From: Malacoraja senta
Taxonomy: Eukaryota
Reading direction: 5' to 3'
DNA length: 64,000 nt
Assembly (NCBI GenBank): GCA_038087875.1
Contig: JAXLNO010000260.1
Span: 62,001 to 126,000, forward strand
Part shown: piece after piece, positions 25,260-37,807 of the stretch
Layout: every line of letters starts with the position of its first letter
Numbering within the stretch: position 1 is the stretch's first letter
Position numbers and translations under genes: made by a program
The notes under the pieces: model-generated
Database searches by the model: none
The model's input: only the letters and a program-made list of their open reading frames with translations
What the model was told of the DNA's origin: nothing

Positions 25260-25950
25260 GTAGGCATGCAGGTGCAGCAGGCAGTGAAGAAAGCGAATGG
25301 TATGTTAGCTTTCATAGCAAAAGGATTTGAGTATAGGAGCAGGGAGGTTCTACTGCAGTTGTACAGGGTCTTGGTGAGACCACACCTGGAGTATTCCGTA
25401 CAGTTTTGGTCTCCAAATCTGAGGAAGGACATTATTGCCATAGAGGGAGTGCAGAGAAGGTTCACCAGACTGATTCCTGGGATGTCAGGACTGTCTTATG
25501 AAGAAAGACTGGATAGACTTGGTTATACTCTCTAGAATTTAGGAGATTGAGAGGGGATCTTATAGAAACTTACAACATTCTTAAGGGGTTGGACAGGCTA
25601 GATGCAGGAAGATTGCTCCTGATGTTGGGGAAGTCCAGGACAAGGGGTCACAGATTAAGGATAAGGAGAAAATCCTTTAAAACCGAGATGAGAAGAACTT
25701 TTTTCACTAAGAGAGTGGTGAATCTCTGGAACTCTCTGCCACAGAGGGTAGTCAAGGCCAGTTCATTGGCTATATTTAAGAGGGAGTTAGATGTGGCCCT
25801 TGTGGCTAAAGGGATCAGAGGGTATGGAGAGAAGGCAGGTACAGGATACTGAGTTGGATGATCAGCCATGATCATATTGAATGGCAGTGCAGGCTCGAAG
25901 GGCCGAATGGCCTACTCCTGCACCTAATATCTATGTTTCTATGTTTCTAT
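25260..25950 (+). mobile_element. 5'-truncated CR1 3' fragment
   Basis: VGMQVQQAVKKANGML...RTRGHRL; (ATGTTTCT)n tail; TATGGT on both flanks. Confidence 0.93.
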
Positions 25951-26744
25951 GGTGTTGAAGACTGAACTGCAGGGAACGCGTAACATCCTGATGTAGGTGT
26001 TCTTATTGCCAAGATGATCTGGAGCTGAATGTTGTGCAGAGGTTGAATCCTCCGTAGGCCTATTTTTCCTGTACGCAAATTGCAATAGGTCTAGATTGTC
26101 AGGAGGACTGGCACGGACGTGGACCATTGTCAATCCTTCAAAGCACTTTATCATCGTTGATGTCAGTGCAACTGGGCAGTACTTAGTGAGACAGGCCGCT
26201 TTTTTTCCTTGGGTAACTGGACTGACAGAGGTGTCCCTGAAGCAGTCGGGACAGTAGATGTTGAAGCAATCAGTTGAAGATATTAGCGAAGACCAGGGCC
26301 AGTTGTTTGCCGCATGATTTCAGGGACTCTATCTGGGTCAGATGCTTTCTGAGAATTTATCTTTGTGAATACCAGATCTGACTTCTGCCACTGAAATGTT
26401 TCGGACAGGGCCTTCCTGACTAGAAACAGAGTGTTTTCCCAGCTTGTTTTATTAATGTTTTTTCTTTTAAAAATATTTTCATTTATTTTTTCTTGATTTT
26501 GGTGCTCACATTGCTGTCCACAAATAATGTCGGTAAAAAACAATGTCTACATCCTGATTCTGCATTTTAATGTTTTTTAATGTTTTATCTTTTATTCTTC
26601 ATGGTTTACTGTATGTCGTGTTGTTACTTGCGAGCGGAGCACCAAGGCAAATTCCTTGTATGTGCACATACTTGGCCAATAAACATTCATTCATTCATTC
26701 ATTCATTCATTCATTCATTCGTTTCATTCTTAGGAGGATGCCTC

Positions 26745-27197
26745 ATCCTGTGGATCAGAGTGAAAGAATGGGTTGACTGGACTTATATTCACTGGAATTT
26801 AGAAGGAAGAGGGGATCTTTTCGAAACATAAAATTCTTAAGGGATTGGACAGGACAGATGCAGGAAAAATGTTCCCAATGTTGGGGGAGTCCAGAACCAG
26901 GGGTCACAGTTTAAGAAGAAGGGGGTAGGCCATTTAGGACTGAGATGAGGAAAAACCTTTCACCCAGAGAGTTGTGAATCTGTGGAATTATCTGCAGTGG
27001 AGGCCAATTCACCGGATGTACTCAAGAGAGAGTAGCTCTTTGGGCTAACAGAATCAAAGGATATGGGGAGAAAGCAGGAACGTGGAACTGAATTTAGATG
27101 ATCAGCCATGATCATATTGAATGGCGATGCTGGCTTGAAGGGCCAAATGGCCTACTCCTGCATCTATTTTTCTATGTTTCTATGTTTCTTTGTTTCT
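26745..27197 (+). mobile_element. CR1 3' fragment
   Basis: CR1 C-terminal relic with (ATGTTTCT)n tail. Confidence 0.88.
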
Positions 27198-28013
27198 ATC
27201 CACATGGGGTCTTCCCAAAGTGTCTCTCCTAGCTGAAGCTCAGCAAAGAACAACCCGCGAGACGTCCGACCTTCTTGAGGAGAAATACGCCCTCAACTAT
27301 ACCATGTGAACCTGCCACAAGTCCAACGTCAGAACAGAACACGCTCTACTTTGCAGGTGGCTTTCAAAGTGAAGAGATTTTATGTGTAGACTTCTCCCAT
27401 GCTGGAAATGCAAGATATTAGTTTGTCATCCAGGCCGGCATTGGAGAAGTCACAGATGCTCAGAGACCTGAGAACACTTCCTTCTGTAAGAAAGCAGAGA
27501 GCAGCAGGTGAAATAAGTATTGAAGGCTTACTTGTCAGTCTACAGGTGCTGCATGCCTATTTGGGAGATGCATGACAACAGCAATATGTTCCTGATGAAA
27601 AATCCTTGACCCAAAACATTGACTTTGTTTCTCTTCCCACTGCTACTTCTTCACCTGCTGAACAATTCCAGCTTCCTGCGCTTTGTTTAGGAATATATTT
27701 CATTAATTTACAATCATATTCACACGTGTCCATGCATAACACATCGTGCAGGTCAAATGCAATACTTTCATTCTGTGGAAGCTGTTTGTGAGTCACAATG
27801 AATAAAGAAAGATTAACTACTTGGTGATAAGGTAGCTACCTGGCTCGCCCAAAGGAGAATATATTTAATCATGTTGTACTTATTGTAAATGCAAAGTTAC
27901 CTGACCTATTTAAGAAACTGGAACTTCTCCAATGTTACTTGACAGACCAGGGTACTCTTCCAATTATCGTCCAATCAGAAATATCTGGAAGTTGCCTGTT
28001 TTCCTCTTAAGTA

Positions 28014-28410
28014 TTTAGTTTAGTTTAGAGATGCAGCATGGAAACAGACCACCGAGTCCACACTGGCCATCGATCACCTGTCCACACTGGTTCTATGCTA
28101 TCCCACTTTCACAACCACTCCGTACTTATTGGGGGAAATTTACAGAGGCCAATTCATCGAATTGAATTCAATTCTTTATTGTCACATGTGGCAAGTCACA
28201 GCAAAATTCTTTGCTTGCTTACCAAGGTATGCAAATCCTACAAACCCGCACATGTTTGGGATGCGGGAGGAACTGGAGCACCCAATGTAAACCCACTGGG
28301 TCACCGGGAGAACATGCAAACTCCACGCAGACGTCATCCGAGGTGACGATCGAACCCGTGTCTCTGGCACAGTGAGGCAGCAGCTCTACCAACTGCACCA
28401 GTGTGACACA
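28014..28410 (-). mobile_element. HE1-like SINE with a nested short LINE tail (~28160-28235)
   Basis: (TTTAG)n tail, GGGAGAACATGCAAACTCCACGCAGAC body, tRNA-like head GATCGAACCCG...GAGGCAGCAGCTCTACC. Confidence 0.8.
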
Positions 28411-29726
28411 GCTGCCACTTTTTCTTAAAGAGCTCATCAGCTGAACTCCATTAAATGACTAGAAGTGAAAAATTGATGTCAATGGCATTGTTTCTCTTTG
28501 GCCTGGATCAGAAAGGACAGATGTGAGGGATGTAGCTGTGAATAGGGATTGAAAGAGTGCTCTACTACAAAGTAAAAAGCAGAATTGAGGCAATGGGATT
28601 GCTGCTGATTGGCAATTGAAAAATACCATCTATTAGCAGTACAACAAGAGCATAAATAAATCATAGATGTTGTTAACGAGATCAGTGTAGCGGCAATAAA
28701 CAACCCAGCCTTTGCAGAAACAAAATCAGCCTTTTCTCAATGCACATTCATCAGTAAACAAGAGGTGCTCCAGATGATAAAACTGCATCTAGTGACCACA
28801 AGATCGATCAAGACCCACCCCATCTACTGCCCATTGAAAAAGATTTAATGAATATATTTCAACAATCCAGTCTTGCAGAACAGTACTCCAGCCCACTGAA
28901 CTGCTTTTGTCTTCTTCAGCCTACCACTGAACAGCATTATTAACTCCCACTATTCGTACAGAGAAACATATTCAGAGAACAGTGTTCACTACCACAACCT
29001 TAGCTCACTGGTGAAATATTGCTTGCTTTTTTCTCCTGTCATTTTTCTACCCTGTTATCACTTGGTTCCTTCCCTTGCAACCTCCCACCAGTGCTGCCCT
29101 ACTTCTACTCAAACCCCTTACTCTTTCCCCCAATATTTGTCTCCCCGTTTCTTTTCACCACTCTATCTTGTCGCACTTTCTCTTTTACCCCCTCTCTTTC
29201 TCCTCTTTCTCTATTATTTTACCCTTTCTTCATGTCACCTCTTTTTTTTCTCTCTCTTCTATCCCATCTTCCCCTCACTCCTCCTTTTTCTCAGTTGCTA
29301 TCCCTTCTCCTTCCCATACATTGATCACTTTCCATCCCAGATCCCTTTATCTCATCTCGCTGACCAATAGTTAAGCACAGGCAACAGACACCAAACCGGT
29401 GCACAATGTCTCCTGTTTTACTGCTATAATTCTGCAGCAGACGTGGGACAAGAGTCGTGTGAGCTTCTCAGGACATCTTGGCAGTCCAACAATGTGGTCC
29501 AAACATTGTGAGCATGTTTGTGGGCTACTGAGTGTGGCGTCATAATACATTCTAATATTACATAGACACATAGAAACATAGAAAATACGTGCAGGAATAG
29601 ACCATTCGGCCCTTCAAGCCAGCACCGTAATTTAATATGATCGTGGCTGATCATCCTAAATCTGTACCCCATTTCTGCTTTCTCCCAATATCCCTTGATT
29701 CTGTTAGCCCTAAGAGCTATATCTAA

Positions 29727-30360
29727 AGCCCCTGTCCCACTTAGGCAATTTTTTCGGTGACTACAGGTGACTAGGCTGTCGCCACATGGTCGCGGGGTGA
29801 TGCCTATATGGTCATGAGTAGTCTCCTCAAGTCGCCTAAAGAGTCGTAATGTTTTACTGGTCGCCGCTGGATTTTGAAATGTTCAAAACTTTTTGGCGAC
29901 TGTGGGCTTGACGTAGCTTGTTTTCTCCTGTTGTAGGAGCTGTTGTAGGTTGTCGCCAGCATGACACAGGTTGTTGCCAGGTGACGTTAGTTGTTGCCAG
30001 GTGCTGACTTCGGTGAATTCCATTGGCGACTACTACTTCAATCTACGTCAACCGGCAACAGGTACCAGCGACTGAATTGTCTTCTGTTGTCTTCAGTTGT
30101 CACCGACAAGGTCGTTGCTTGTCGTAGCTTGTCGTGGATGGACATAGGTTGACTTTGGTTGTCGTAGGTAGTAGTTTGGTAGTAGCGTGGTAGTAGTTTG
30201 TCGTAGGTGTGGTCGTAGGTGGACGTCCTAATGTGTCGCCGGTTGTCAGTAGCTTGGCGTAGCTTGATGTTGACAAGGTGGTAGGTTGTCGTAGCTTGCC
30301 GAAGATATTGTCATAGGGGCGGGGTTCCAGTCGCTGCTTTTTGGCGACCTGCTACGACAG
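29727..30360 (+). mobile_element. Harbinger-like MITE, right end missing
   Basis: TAA then AGCCCCTGTCCCAC; GT-rich GTCGTAG-type internal repeats; related to 9759-9912. Confidence 0.7.
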
Positions 30361-33356
30361 TTTGAGTTTGGTGACAAACCACATAAGCTGTTGCGCGTCA
30401 ATTGAAAAAACAGGAAAAGGAAAATACTATAAATAAAATTAAATCCGAGAATGGTGAATTACTAGCACTACCTAAAGATATCAATAAAACATTTGTTCAA
30501 TTTTATCAAAATTTATACACATCAAAAACCAAAACAGAAGATAGTAAAATTACAAACTTTTTAGATAAATGTAATCTACCAAAACTTGACATTTTGGAAC
30601 AAGAAGAACTAGGAGCGCAAATTACAATCGAAGAAATAGGTGAAACAATAAAATCGCTGAAAAATGGTAAGACACCGGGACCAGATGGTTTTAGTAATGA
30701 ATTTTATAAAAAGTTTCATGAGATAACGACCCCCTATCTATTTAATTTATATACTCACGTTTTTAAAGAAAATAAATTACCTGAAACATTAGCAGAATCA
30801 ACTATTACGCTTATTCCAAAGAAAGATAAAGATCTAGAGGAACCGGGCTCATATAGAGCTATATCACTTTTAAATACAGACCAGAAAATTCTAGCAAAGA
30901 CTTTAGCTGGAAGACTAAGCAAATATATTAGTAAATTGATAAACCCTGATCAAACGGGGTTTATACCCAAAAGATATTCATTTAATAATTTGAGACGCCT
31001 GTTTAATATAATGTACTCACATAAAACGGAGGAAAAAGACTTAGCAATTATTTCTTTGGACGCAGAGAAAGCATTTGATCAGGTAGAATGGCAGTATTTA
31101 TACATAGTATTACAAAAATTTAATATGGGAGAGAATTTTATTGCATGGGTGAAATTATTATATGATAAACCGATGGCAAGAATATTAACTAACAGCATGT
31201 TATCTCAAAAATTTCAATTTTCAAGGGGTAATAGGCAGGGATGTGGTTTATCACCCCTGCAATTTGCCCTTATGATAGAACCTCTGGCTGAAAGTATAAG
31301 AAGCCATCCGAATATTCAGGGTTATAATACTAGGGACTCAAATAATAACATTTCATTGTATGCAGACGATATTTTGTTATATATAACAAATTCACAAACG
31401 AGCATACCAAATTTATTAAATTTAATAGAGGAATTTGGGTCCTTTTCTGGATATAGAATAAACTGGAACAAAAGTGAAATTATGACGTTAAAACCTCAAG
31501 AATCCACACACTTATTGAAATTCCCCTTTAAAATAGCAACAGAAAAATTCAAATATTTGGGTATTCAGATTACTAGAAAACATAAAGCTTTATTCAATGC
31601 CAATTTTATACCCTTAATAAATAAACTTAATATAATGATAAAATTTTGGAAAACACTCCCTTTATCATTAATAGGCAGAATAAATGCTATTAAAATGAGC
31701 TTCCTACCACAGTTATTATACCTATTTCAATCTATACCAGTATATGTACCAAAATATATTTTTTCTAAACTGAACGCTAATATTACTAATTTTGTTTGGG
31801 ATTACAAATCACATAGAATTAAAAAAGAACACTTATGTAAACCAAAAGATGTCGGGGGACTTTCACTCCCTAATTTTTTGTATTACTATTGGGCAATACA
31901 TATTAAGAATATAATTTACTGGTTGGATAGTTCAACTCAACAGACAGAATGGATAAAAATGGAGAAAGAGGATTGTTATCCTTGTAATATAGGAACAATC
32001 CTCTTCTCCCCGAAAAAAATGAACAATACAATATATAAGAAAAACCCAATTATACAAGATACAATAAGAATATGGAAACAAATAAAACTATCCTTAAAAT
32101 TAAGAAACCTATCATTGTTAACACCGATAGCAAATAATCCTTTATTTAAACCATCTATGATGGATAAAATATATAATCAATGGGAAAGTTTAGGAATTAA
32201 AAGGATCGGGGATATGTATGAAATGGGAGATTTATTATCATTTCAACAATTACAATTAAAATTTAAACTGAAAAACAATCATTATTTTAAATATTTTCAG
32301 ATTTGTAATTTTTTGAAGACATACATACAGGGATATCAAAAAATAACTCCTGATTTACTAGAAGAAGTAATGAATATAAAAGCTGATACACAAAAATTAA
32401 TATCATATTTATATAATAGTATCTTAAATATAGATTTACCTGTGACCGAGGTAATTAGAGAAGACTGGGAATGGGAATTATTGATAAAAATTACGAAGGC
32501 TACATGGGAAAAGTATTTGACATACATTCACAAGTGTTCGATTAACGCAAGACATAACCTAATCCAATTTAAAATTTTACATAGATTATATTACTCAAAA
32601 ACAAGATTAAATAAATTTTATCCAAATATATCGCCCATTTGCGATAAATGTTTAACCCAAGACGCAACTATAACACACTCTTTTGTTTCTTGTATAAAAC
32701 TTCATGGATTTTGGAGTGATATTTTCGAAATATTTACAAAATTATTTAAGACAAAAATGGAACCCAATAATGAATTGATTATATTTGGGGTAATGGAAGA
32801 CGGGAACAAATTGAGCTCATCTGAAAAGTCAATTTTTAATTATGGTTTAATTATAGCAAAAAAATTAATATTTAAATTTTGGAAAAATACACCAATACCA
32901 ACGCTCAAAATGTGGATTGCAAGTATGTTGGATACCGCACATCTTGAGGAAATGCGATTCCTCCTAAGAGATAAATTTGACCAATTCATAACGAGTTGGT
33001 CTCCATTTGTCGTCTTTTTGGAAACATATGGTGCAAAACAGGTGTAAAAGCTAATCCGTGACTGCGGATGGTCAAGATTATAAATGATCTCCTTCTATTT
33101 TCTTTTCTTCTCTTCTCTTCTTTTATTCTCTTTCTTCTATTTTCTATGTCTCAACTTTCTTTTTTCATTCTTTATTTTTCTTTTTCACACACTATATATC
33201 TCACATTTTTCTATTTTTCATTACCTAACTTTTTTCTTTTTCTTCTTTATTTCAAAAAAAGTTTTTAATAAGAAGCTGTACATAAAAGGTATTATGATAA
33301 TATGATTGTATACAATTGTACTTACTTCTAATAAAATAAAAATATTAAAAAAAAAC
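30361..33356 (+). mobile_element. 5'-truncated L1-clade LINE, young
   Basis: Long ORF2 frame, pyrimidine-rich 3' UTR, AATAAA ~33330 and A-tail. Confidence 0.95.
30402..33047 (+). CDS. L1 ORF2 partial (RT + C-terminal Cys/His knuckle), 881-codon open frame, endonuclease absent
   Basis: KTPGPDGF, YRAISLLNTDQKILAK, QTGF, LDAEKAFD, RQGCGLSP, LYADD, KYLGI, CDKC..H..C. The frame start is not a true initiation codon (5' truncation). Confidence 0.85.
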   Translation: MKKQEKENTINKIKSENGELLALPKDINKTFVQFYQNLYTSKTKTEDSKITNFLDKCNLPKLDILEQEELGAQITIEEIGETIKSLKNGKTPGPDGFSNEFYKKFHEITTPYLFNLYTHVFKENKLPETLAESTITLIPKKDKDLEEPGSYRAISLLNTDQKILAKTLAGRLSKYISKLINPDQTGFIPKRYSFNNLRRLFNIMYSHKTEEKDLAIISLDAEKAFDQVEWQYLYIVLQKFNMGENFIAWVKLLYDKPMARILTNSMLSQKFQFSRGNRQGCGLSPLQFALMIEPLAESIRSHPNIQGYNTRDSNNNISLYADDILLYITNSQTSIPNLLNLIEEFGSFSGYRINWNKSEIMTLKPQESTHLLKFPFKIATEKFKYLGIQITRKHKALFNANFIPLINKLNIMIKFWKTLPLSLIGRINAIKMSFLPQLLYLFQSIPVYVPKYIFSKLNANITNFVWDYKSHRIKKEHLCKPKDVGGLSLPNFLYYYWAIHIKNIIYWLDSSTQQTEWIKMEKEDCYPCNIGTILFSPKKMNNTIYKKNPIIQDTIRIWKQIKLSLKLRNLSLLTPIANNPLFKPSMMDKIYNQWESLGIKRIGDMYEMGDLLSFQQLQLKFKLKNNHYFKYFQICNFLKTYIQGYQKITPDLLEEVMNIKADTQKLISYLYNSILNIDLPVTEVIREDWEWELLIKITKATWEKYLTYIHKCSINARHNLIQFKILHRLYYSKTRLNKFYPNISPICDKCLTQDATITHSFVSCIKLHGFWSDIFEIFTKLFKTKMEPNNELIIFGVMEDGNKLSSSEKSIFNYGLIIAKKLIFKFWKNTPIPTLKMWIASMLDTAHLEEMRFLLRDKFDQFITSWSPFVVFLETYGAKQV

Positions 33357-34065
33357 TCTATTGAAAACATCTAGTGAATTGGCCTCCACTGCCTTCTGTG
33401 GCAGAAAATTCCACAGATTCACAACTCTCTGGGTGAAAAAGTTCTTCTTCATCTCAGTCCTAAATGGTCTACCCCATATTCTTAAACTGTGACCCCTGGT
33501 TCTGGACACCCCCAACATCGGGAACATTTTTCCTGCATCTAGCCTGTCCAATCCCTTGAGACTTTTATATGTTTCTATAAGATCTCCTCTCATCCTTCTA
33601 AATTCCAGTGAATATGTCCAGTCGACCCATTCTTTCATCATACGTCAGTCCCGCCGTCCCGGGAATTAACCTGGTGAATCTGCATCCCGGGATTTAACCT
33701 GGTTAACCAGGTTACCATGTTTTCTCTGTTCTTGCTATGAAAAAAAAAAACATTTGCCTATCTGAGTGGGCTCAATTTCCAAACTGCTTTTAACAACGAT
33801 AATTTTCATCATCCTCCCACCAAACCTCCCACCTCTCTCCGTCAATTGAGAAATGTCAGACCTCAGTAACTTTTTTTTACAGATGCACATCCAACCCAAC
33901 CTCCCATTTTCCTACATATTTAAATCATAGGATCTTTTCCGATATGGGTCCTCTCCTAACACATTACTTCAGTATTTCTGAATTATCTGTCCGATCCTCA
34001 CAGTGAGGTATATTCGTTATCTACTCTAAAACCATTCAGGTGAGGCTGCCTTCTCCATATCGATT

Positions 34066-34290
34066 GAACATCTGTGGAATTCTTTGCCACAGAAGGCTGT
34101 GAAGGCAGTCAGTGGATATATTTAAGGCAGAGATAGAATCTTGATTAGTACAGGTGTCAGAGGTTATAGGGAGAAGGCAGGAGAATGGGGTTAGGAGGGA
34201 GAGATAGATCAGCTATGATTGAATGCGGAGTAGATTTGATGGTCTGAATGGCCTAATTTTACTCCTGTCACTTACGATCTTATGATCTAA
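34066..34290 (+). mobile_element. CR1 3' tail fragment
   Basis: CTGTGGAATTCTTTGCCACAGAAGGCTGTG...GGCCTAATTTTACTCCT. Confidence 0.8.
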
Positions 34291-35462
34291 TGCTAACTCA
34301 AATAGATTTCCAACATTCAGGTTTGGCACCAGAAGGAGAAAGATGGAAAGAAAAACTAGAGAATGAAAAAAGTAAGGGCAGAGTGATAATAGGTAATGGG
34401 AAGTGAAAGGAAGGAAGACTGCAATGGAGGAGGAATGGGTACATAGGTTTTGTCTCACAAGCACGAGGAACAAAATGGTGAACTAGGCGATTTGGTAATT
34501 AGGATGATCAATGCACGGCATGTTCTTTTTGGAACAAACTCTCTCCCCTCCTATACTTCGTACCTTTCCATTCTTAAGCAATTTGTCACCTCATATCTGT
34601 TACATCCATATCTTAATCTTTCTGCTGGCCCACCCATTTTCACTTGCTCTCTCTAAACTCTAGCCTAAAAATGACTATCCGATCAACAAATAAATAATGA
34701 GCAATTTTTATACACTTTCTGGTAGAAGCGATGTCAACGACAAAACATGGAAGTCTGACAAGATTTGAATCCCATGCTCAGATTGACTGGAAATTCAAGA
34801 CAAACAAACTTGGACATAAGAAAGATATAAACAAGATTATATTTAACGCAGGAATATTCTTCTGGGTACTTCGGTGCCATCTGCAATAACTTTGGGATGA
34901 TGGTAGTGGGTAGTGGGTGGTTGATGTTGTGTGGGATGCTACCTCAAAAGGAGCCACATAAAAGTCCTGTGTTCTGTTGGATGCAAAGTGCATAGCAAGA
35001 TCCCATGTCTTTTATTTGCATGTCCAATATTTGTTCACTTTAGACTAAGTCGGATACGATCGAGGGCCAAGAATTTATTAATAGATTAATGACAATGAAT
35101 TCAAGAAATACTTAATTGATTCTCTCTTTTAATTCTTACTGACTCATAATGCAATAAAAGTACTCATGATTGGCTGAAATACTGGAATTGTCTGCTTCTG
35201 CAGAAAGTAATTATTATATCGTTGATGCAAATAAACTCCCTATCTGAATTGTGTCCGTATTCCGTGTGCTGATAGATGCTAATAAGGGCATTATTCACAA
35301 ATGTGATGTTTATTTATCTTAGATTCCATGGGGACGGGGTGGGGGAGGGTGTATCATGCATGAATTGTACCTTGGCAATACTTGGATTTATATTTGAAGT
35401 GCAATTGGATCTTCTTCTGATTTTTGTCAATATTTGCTTACATGCATACTGTTTTGGATGCA

Positions 35463-35787
35463 AATATAACCATATAACCATATAACAATTACAGCACGGA
35501 AACAGACCATCTCGACCCTTCTAGTCCGTGCCGAACACGTATTCTCCCCTAGTCCCATATACCTGCGCTCAGACCATAACCCTCCATTCCTTTCCCTTCC
35601 ATATAACTATCCAATTTATTTTTAAATGATAAAAACGAACCTGCCTCAACCACCTTCACTGGAAGCTCATTCCACACAGCCACCACTCTCTGAGTAAAGA
35701 AGTTCCCCCTCATGTTACCCTTAAACTTCTGTCCCTTAATTCTCAAGTCATGTCCCCTTGTTTGAATCTTCCCTACTCTCAGTGGGA
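35463..35787 (-). mobile_element. CR1 3' tail fragment (second subfamily)
   Basis: QTRGHDLRIKGQKFKGNMRGNFFTQRVVAVWNELP; (ATATAACC)n tail. Confidence 0.88.
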
Positions 35788-36121
35788 ATATAATCATTCA
35801 ATGTTCTCAGGAAGACCACAGGGGTGATATGCTTCAAGTTGTCCTGCATGTAATCAGTCAGAGAGGCGCTAGAGAAGAGAAATTGTAAATAATCTGCAGA
35901 ATTTGATTTCTGAATGACACTTGGTCATTAACAACCCAATGCTATATGCGTGTCGAGGCAAATAATCTAAGCTCAAAATTTCTAATTGTCAAAATATGAT
36001 TAGATAGTATGGTTGCAAAAAATAAGAAATATTGTAAATGGGCCATTCACAAGTGTTTTTCTGAGTCTTGTAGTGAGGTGTACCGTGGGAACCGAGTGTA
36101 GGAAATGTACTACACATCTAG

Positions 36122-36910
36122 TTTGAATTGAATTTAATTTAATTTCTTTATTTGTCATTCAAAAACAAGAACAACAACATTTGAATGACAACAGAATTTC
36201 ATTACCATGCAGTCATAACAGTAAAAAAGCAACAAAACACACAATTAAAACATTTTAACACAAACATCCATCACAGTGACTTTCCTCCAGGCACTGTGAT
36301 GGAAGGTAAGAAAAGTCTTATCTCTTCCTTGCTTCTTCTTCCGCAGTCAAGCAGTCAAACTGCTGCATCGAGGCAATCGAGGCTCCCGATATTGAAGCCC
36401 CCACCGGGCAATGGAAGATCCCGCGGCCGATTTTAAGCTGCGCCTGGAAACAAAAGGCCCTGCGAACGGGCCGATTCAAGCCTTACGATTTGGGGCGGAC
36501 GAAGCTGCTGTTGCTGGAGCTCCCGAAAATCGGTCGCCAACCAGGGACCTGCGAGCTCCCGATGTTACAGTCCACAGAAGCCTCTGAAGTCGAGTAGCAG
36601 CCGCAATCGCAATGCCACCACAGCCTCCGAAAGTCAGCCAGCTACGCGATCGTAATTCCACAGGCTCTGCAACTGGAGCCCTCAAGGTCGATTCCAGTTG
36701 GAGGCCGCCAGCTCCACAATGTTAGCCCGCAGCGCGAATGGAGATATGACATGGAAAAAGGTTGCATCTCCGTTGAAGGAAGAGATTTTTAAAAATATTC
36801 CCCCACCCCTCACATAATACACAACTAAAAATAGACTAAAACGTACATCTAACATTAACAATAAGACAAAGAAGAAGAAAAACAGGTGGACTGCAGGCGA
36901 GCAGCAGCGG
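36122..36910 (-). mobile_element. GC-rich non-coding interspersed retroposon (related copy at 58760-59365)
   Basis: (AATTC)n-type tail at 36122; GAGGCC..CAGCTCCAC.ATGTTAG..CCGCAG and GCATCTCC..GAGAT blocks shared with 59120-59200. Confidence 0.65.
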
Positions 36911-37359
36911 AAAACATGGTCATATACCTTATTAATCCTCTTTCACTTTCCACAAATGCTACCTTATCTGCTAAGCATTTCCACCATTTTCTATATTTTC
37001 TTCAGATTTACAGCATCTGCAGTATTTTTCTTATGGTACTCCATACCTGACTGTATTGTATCCAGGAATCCAGAATGAAAATAAAATCGACTAGCAATGA
37101 TAGTACCCTTCACCTTGATGAGTTGGGGATGATCAGCCATGATCACATTAAATGGCGGTACTGGCTCAAAGGGCTGAATGGCCTACACCTGCACCTATTG
37201 CCTATTGTCTATAACACTCTTGGAACATATAAAAACTTTTTTTTTTAATGTAAATATGTGAGGAAGAAAGATTTTGTGTAACATTGAAGTGTATGAATTG
37301 CCAGGTAAATGGCCAAAATAATTTACTTCTATTCCCTCAGGCCTAATCAGTTTCAGCAT

Positions 37360-37555
37360 CAACATAAAATGCTGGAAGAACCCAGCAGGCCAGGAAGCAT
37401 TTGTGGAAGAATGGACAGACGACATTTCGGGTTGGGAGATGTCTCCAGACTCGAAACGTCATCTGCCCATTCGCTGCACAGATGGCTTACCTGCGGAGTT
37501 TTTCAAGCACTTAGTGTTTTGCTGAAGATTCCAGCATCGGCAGTTTCTTGTGCCT
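37360..37555. mobile_element. Older palindromic Penelope-like repeat
   Basis: AAATGCTGGAAGAACCCAGCAGG...GACATTTCGGG...CGAAACGTCATC...CCAGCATCGGCAGTT. Confidence 0.65.
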
Positions 37556-37648
37556 TCAGTTTCAGTAACTGCACTGCTGTTCCTTGTAGCAACTGGAAGA
37601 TAAAATGTTGAAAAGAGTGAAATGTGTTACAAATTTGTCATGAAATAC

Positions 37649-37743
37649 AGTCTGATGAAGGGTTTCGGCCTGAAACGTTGCCTATTTCCTTTGCTCCATA
37701 GATGCTGCTGCACCCGCTGAGTTTCTCCAGCACTTTTGTCTAC
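37649..37743 (+). mobile_element. Monomeric Penelope-like hammerhead-repeat insertion with 10-bp TSD
   Basis: CATGAAATAC at 37639-37648 and 37744-37753; empty homologous site at ~18762-18772. Confidence 0.85.
37652..37679 (+). ncRNA. Putative minimal type I hammerhead ribozyme core
   Basis: CTGATGA - AGG(GTTTCGG)CCT stem II - GAAAC - GTT, with palindromic ACGT stem III. Stem I is weak; activity not shown. Confidence 0.6.
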
Positions 37744-37807
37744 CATGAAATACTATTGTTGGATTTGGACTCCCATACTAAGTGGATAAATGTAACTAGC
37801 ATGTTGA

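Larger units (their letters stand above)
24101..26420 (-). mobile_element. Old Rex1/Babar LINE relic interrupted by younger insertions (24525-24621, 25260-25950)
   Basis: Minus-strand fragments IKCFEGL..LDLLQFAYRKNRPTED, LSYSLYIHDCV, MKELVVDLR and SRLKNSFLPTAI match the Rex1 at 53405-55186. Confidence 0.82.
29556..33690 (-). mobile_element. CR1 3' fragment split into 29556-29726 and ~33353-33690 by a MITE and an L1
   Basis: The tail ends ...AAGAGCTATATCTAA and resumes AACTCTATTGAAAACATCTAGTGAATTGGCC, contiguous in other CR1 copies. Confidence 0.8.

Noticed and set aside
27220..27500. Exon-like unique block (minus GSVLRSLSICDFSNAGLDDKLISCISSMGEVYT; plus AEAQQRTTRETSDLLEEKYALNYTM)
   Set aside because: Acceptor-like sites on both strands, but no recognisable homology and no compatible neighbouring exon.
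29011..29374. Hydrophobic, transmembrane-looking ORFs
   Set aside because: Pyrimidine-rich low-complexity DNA open in all three frames.
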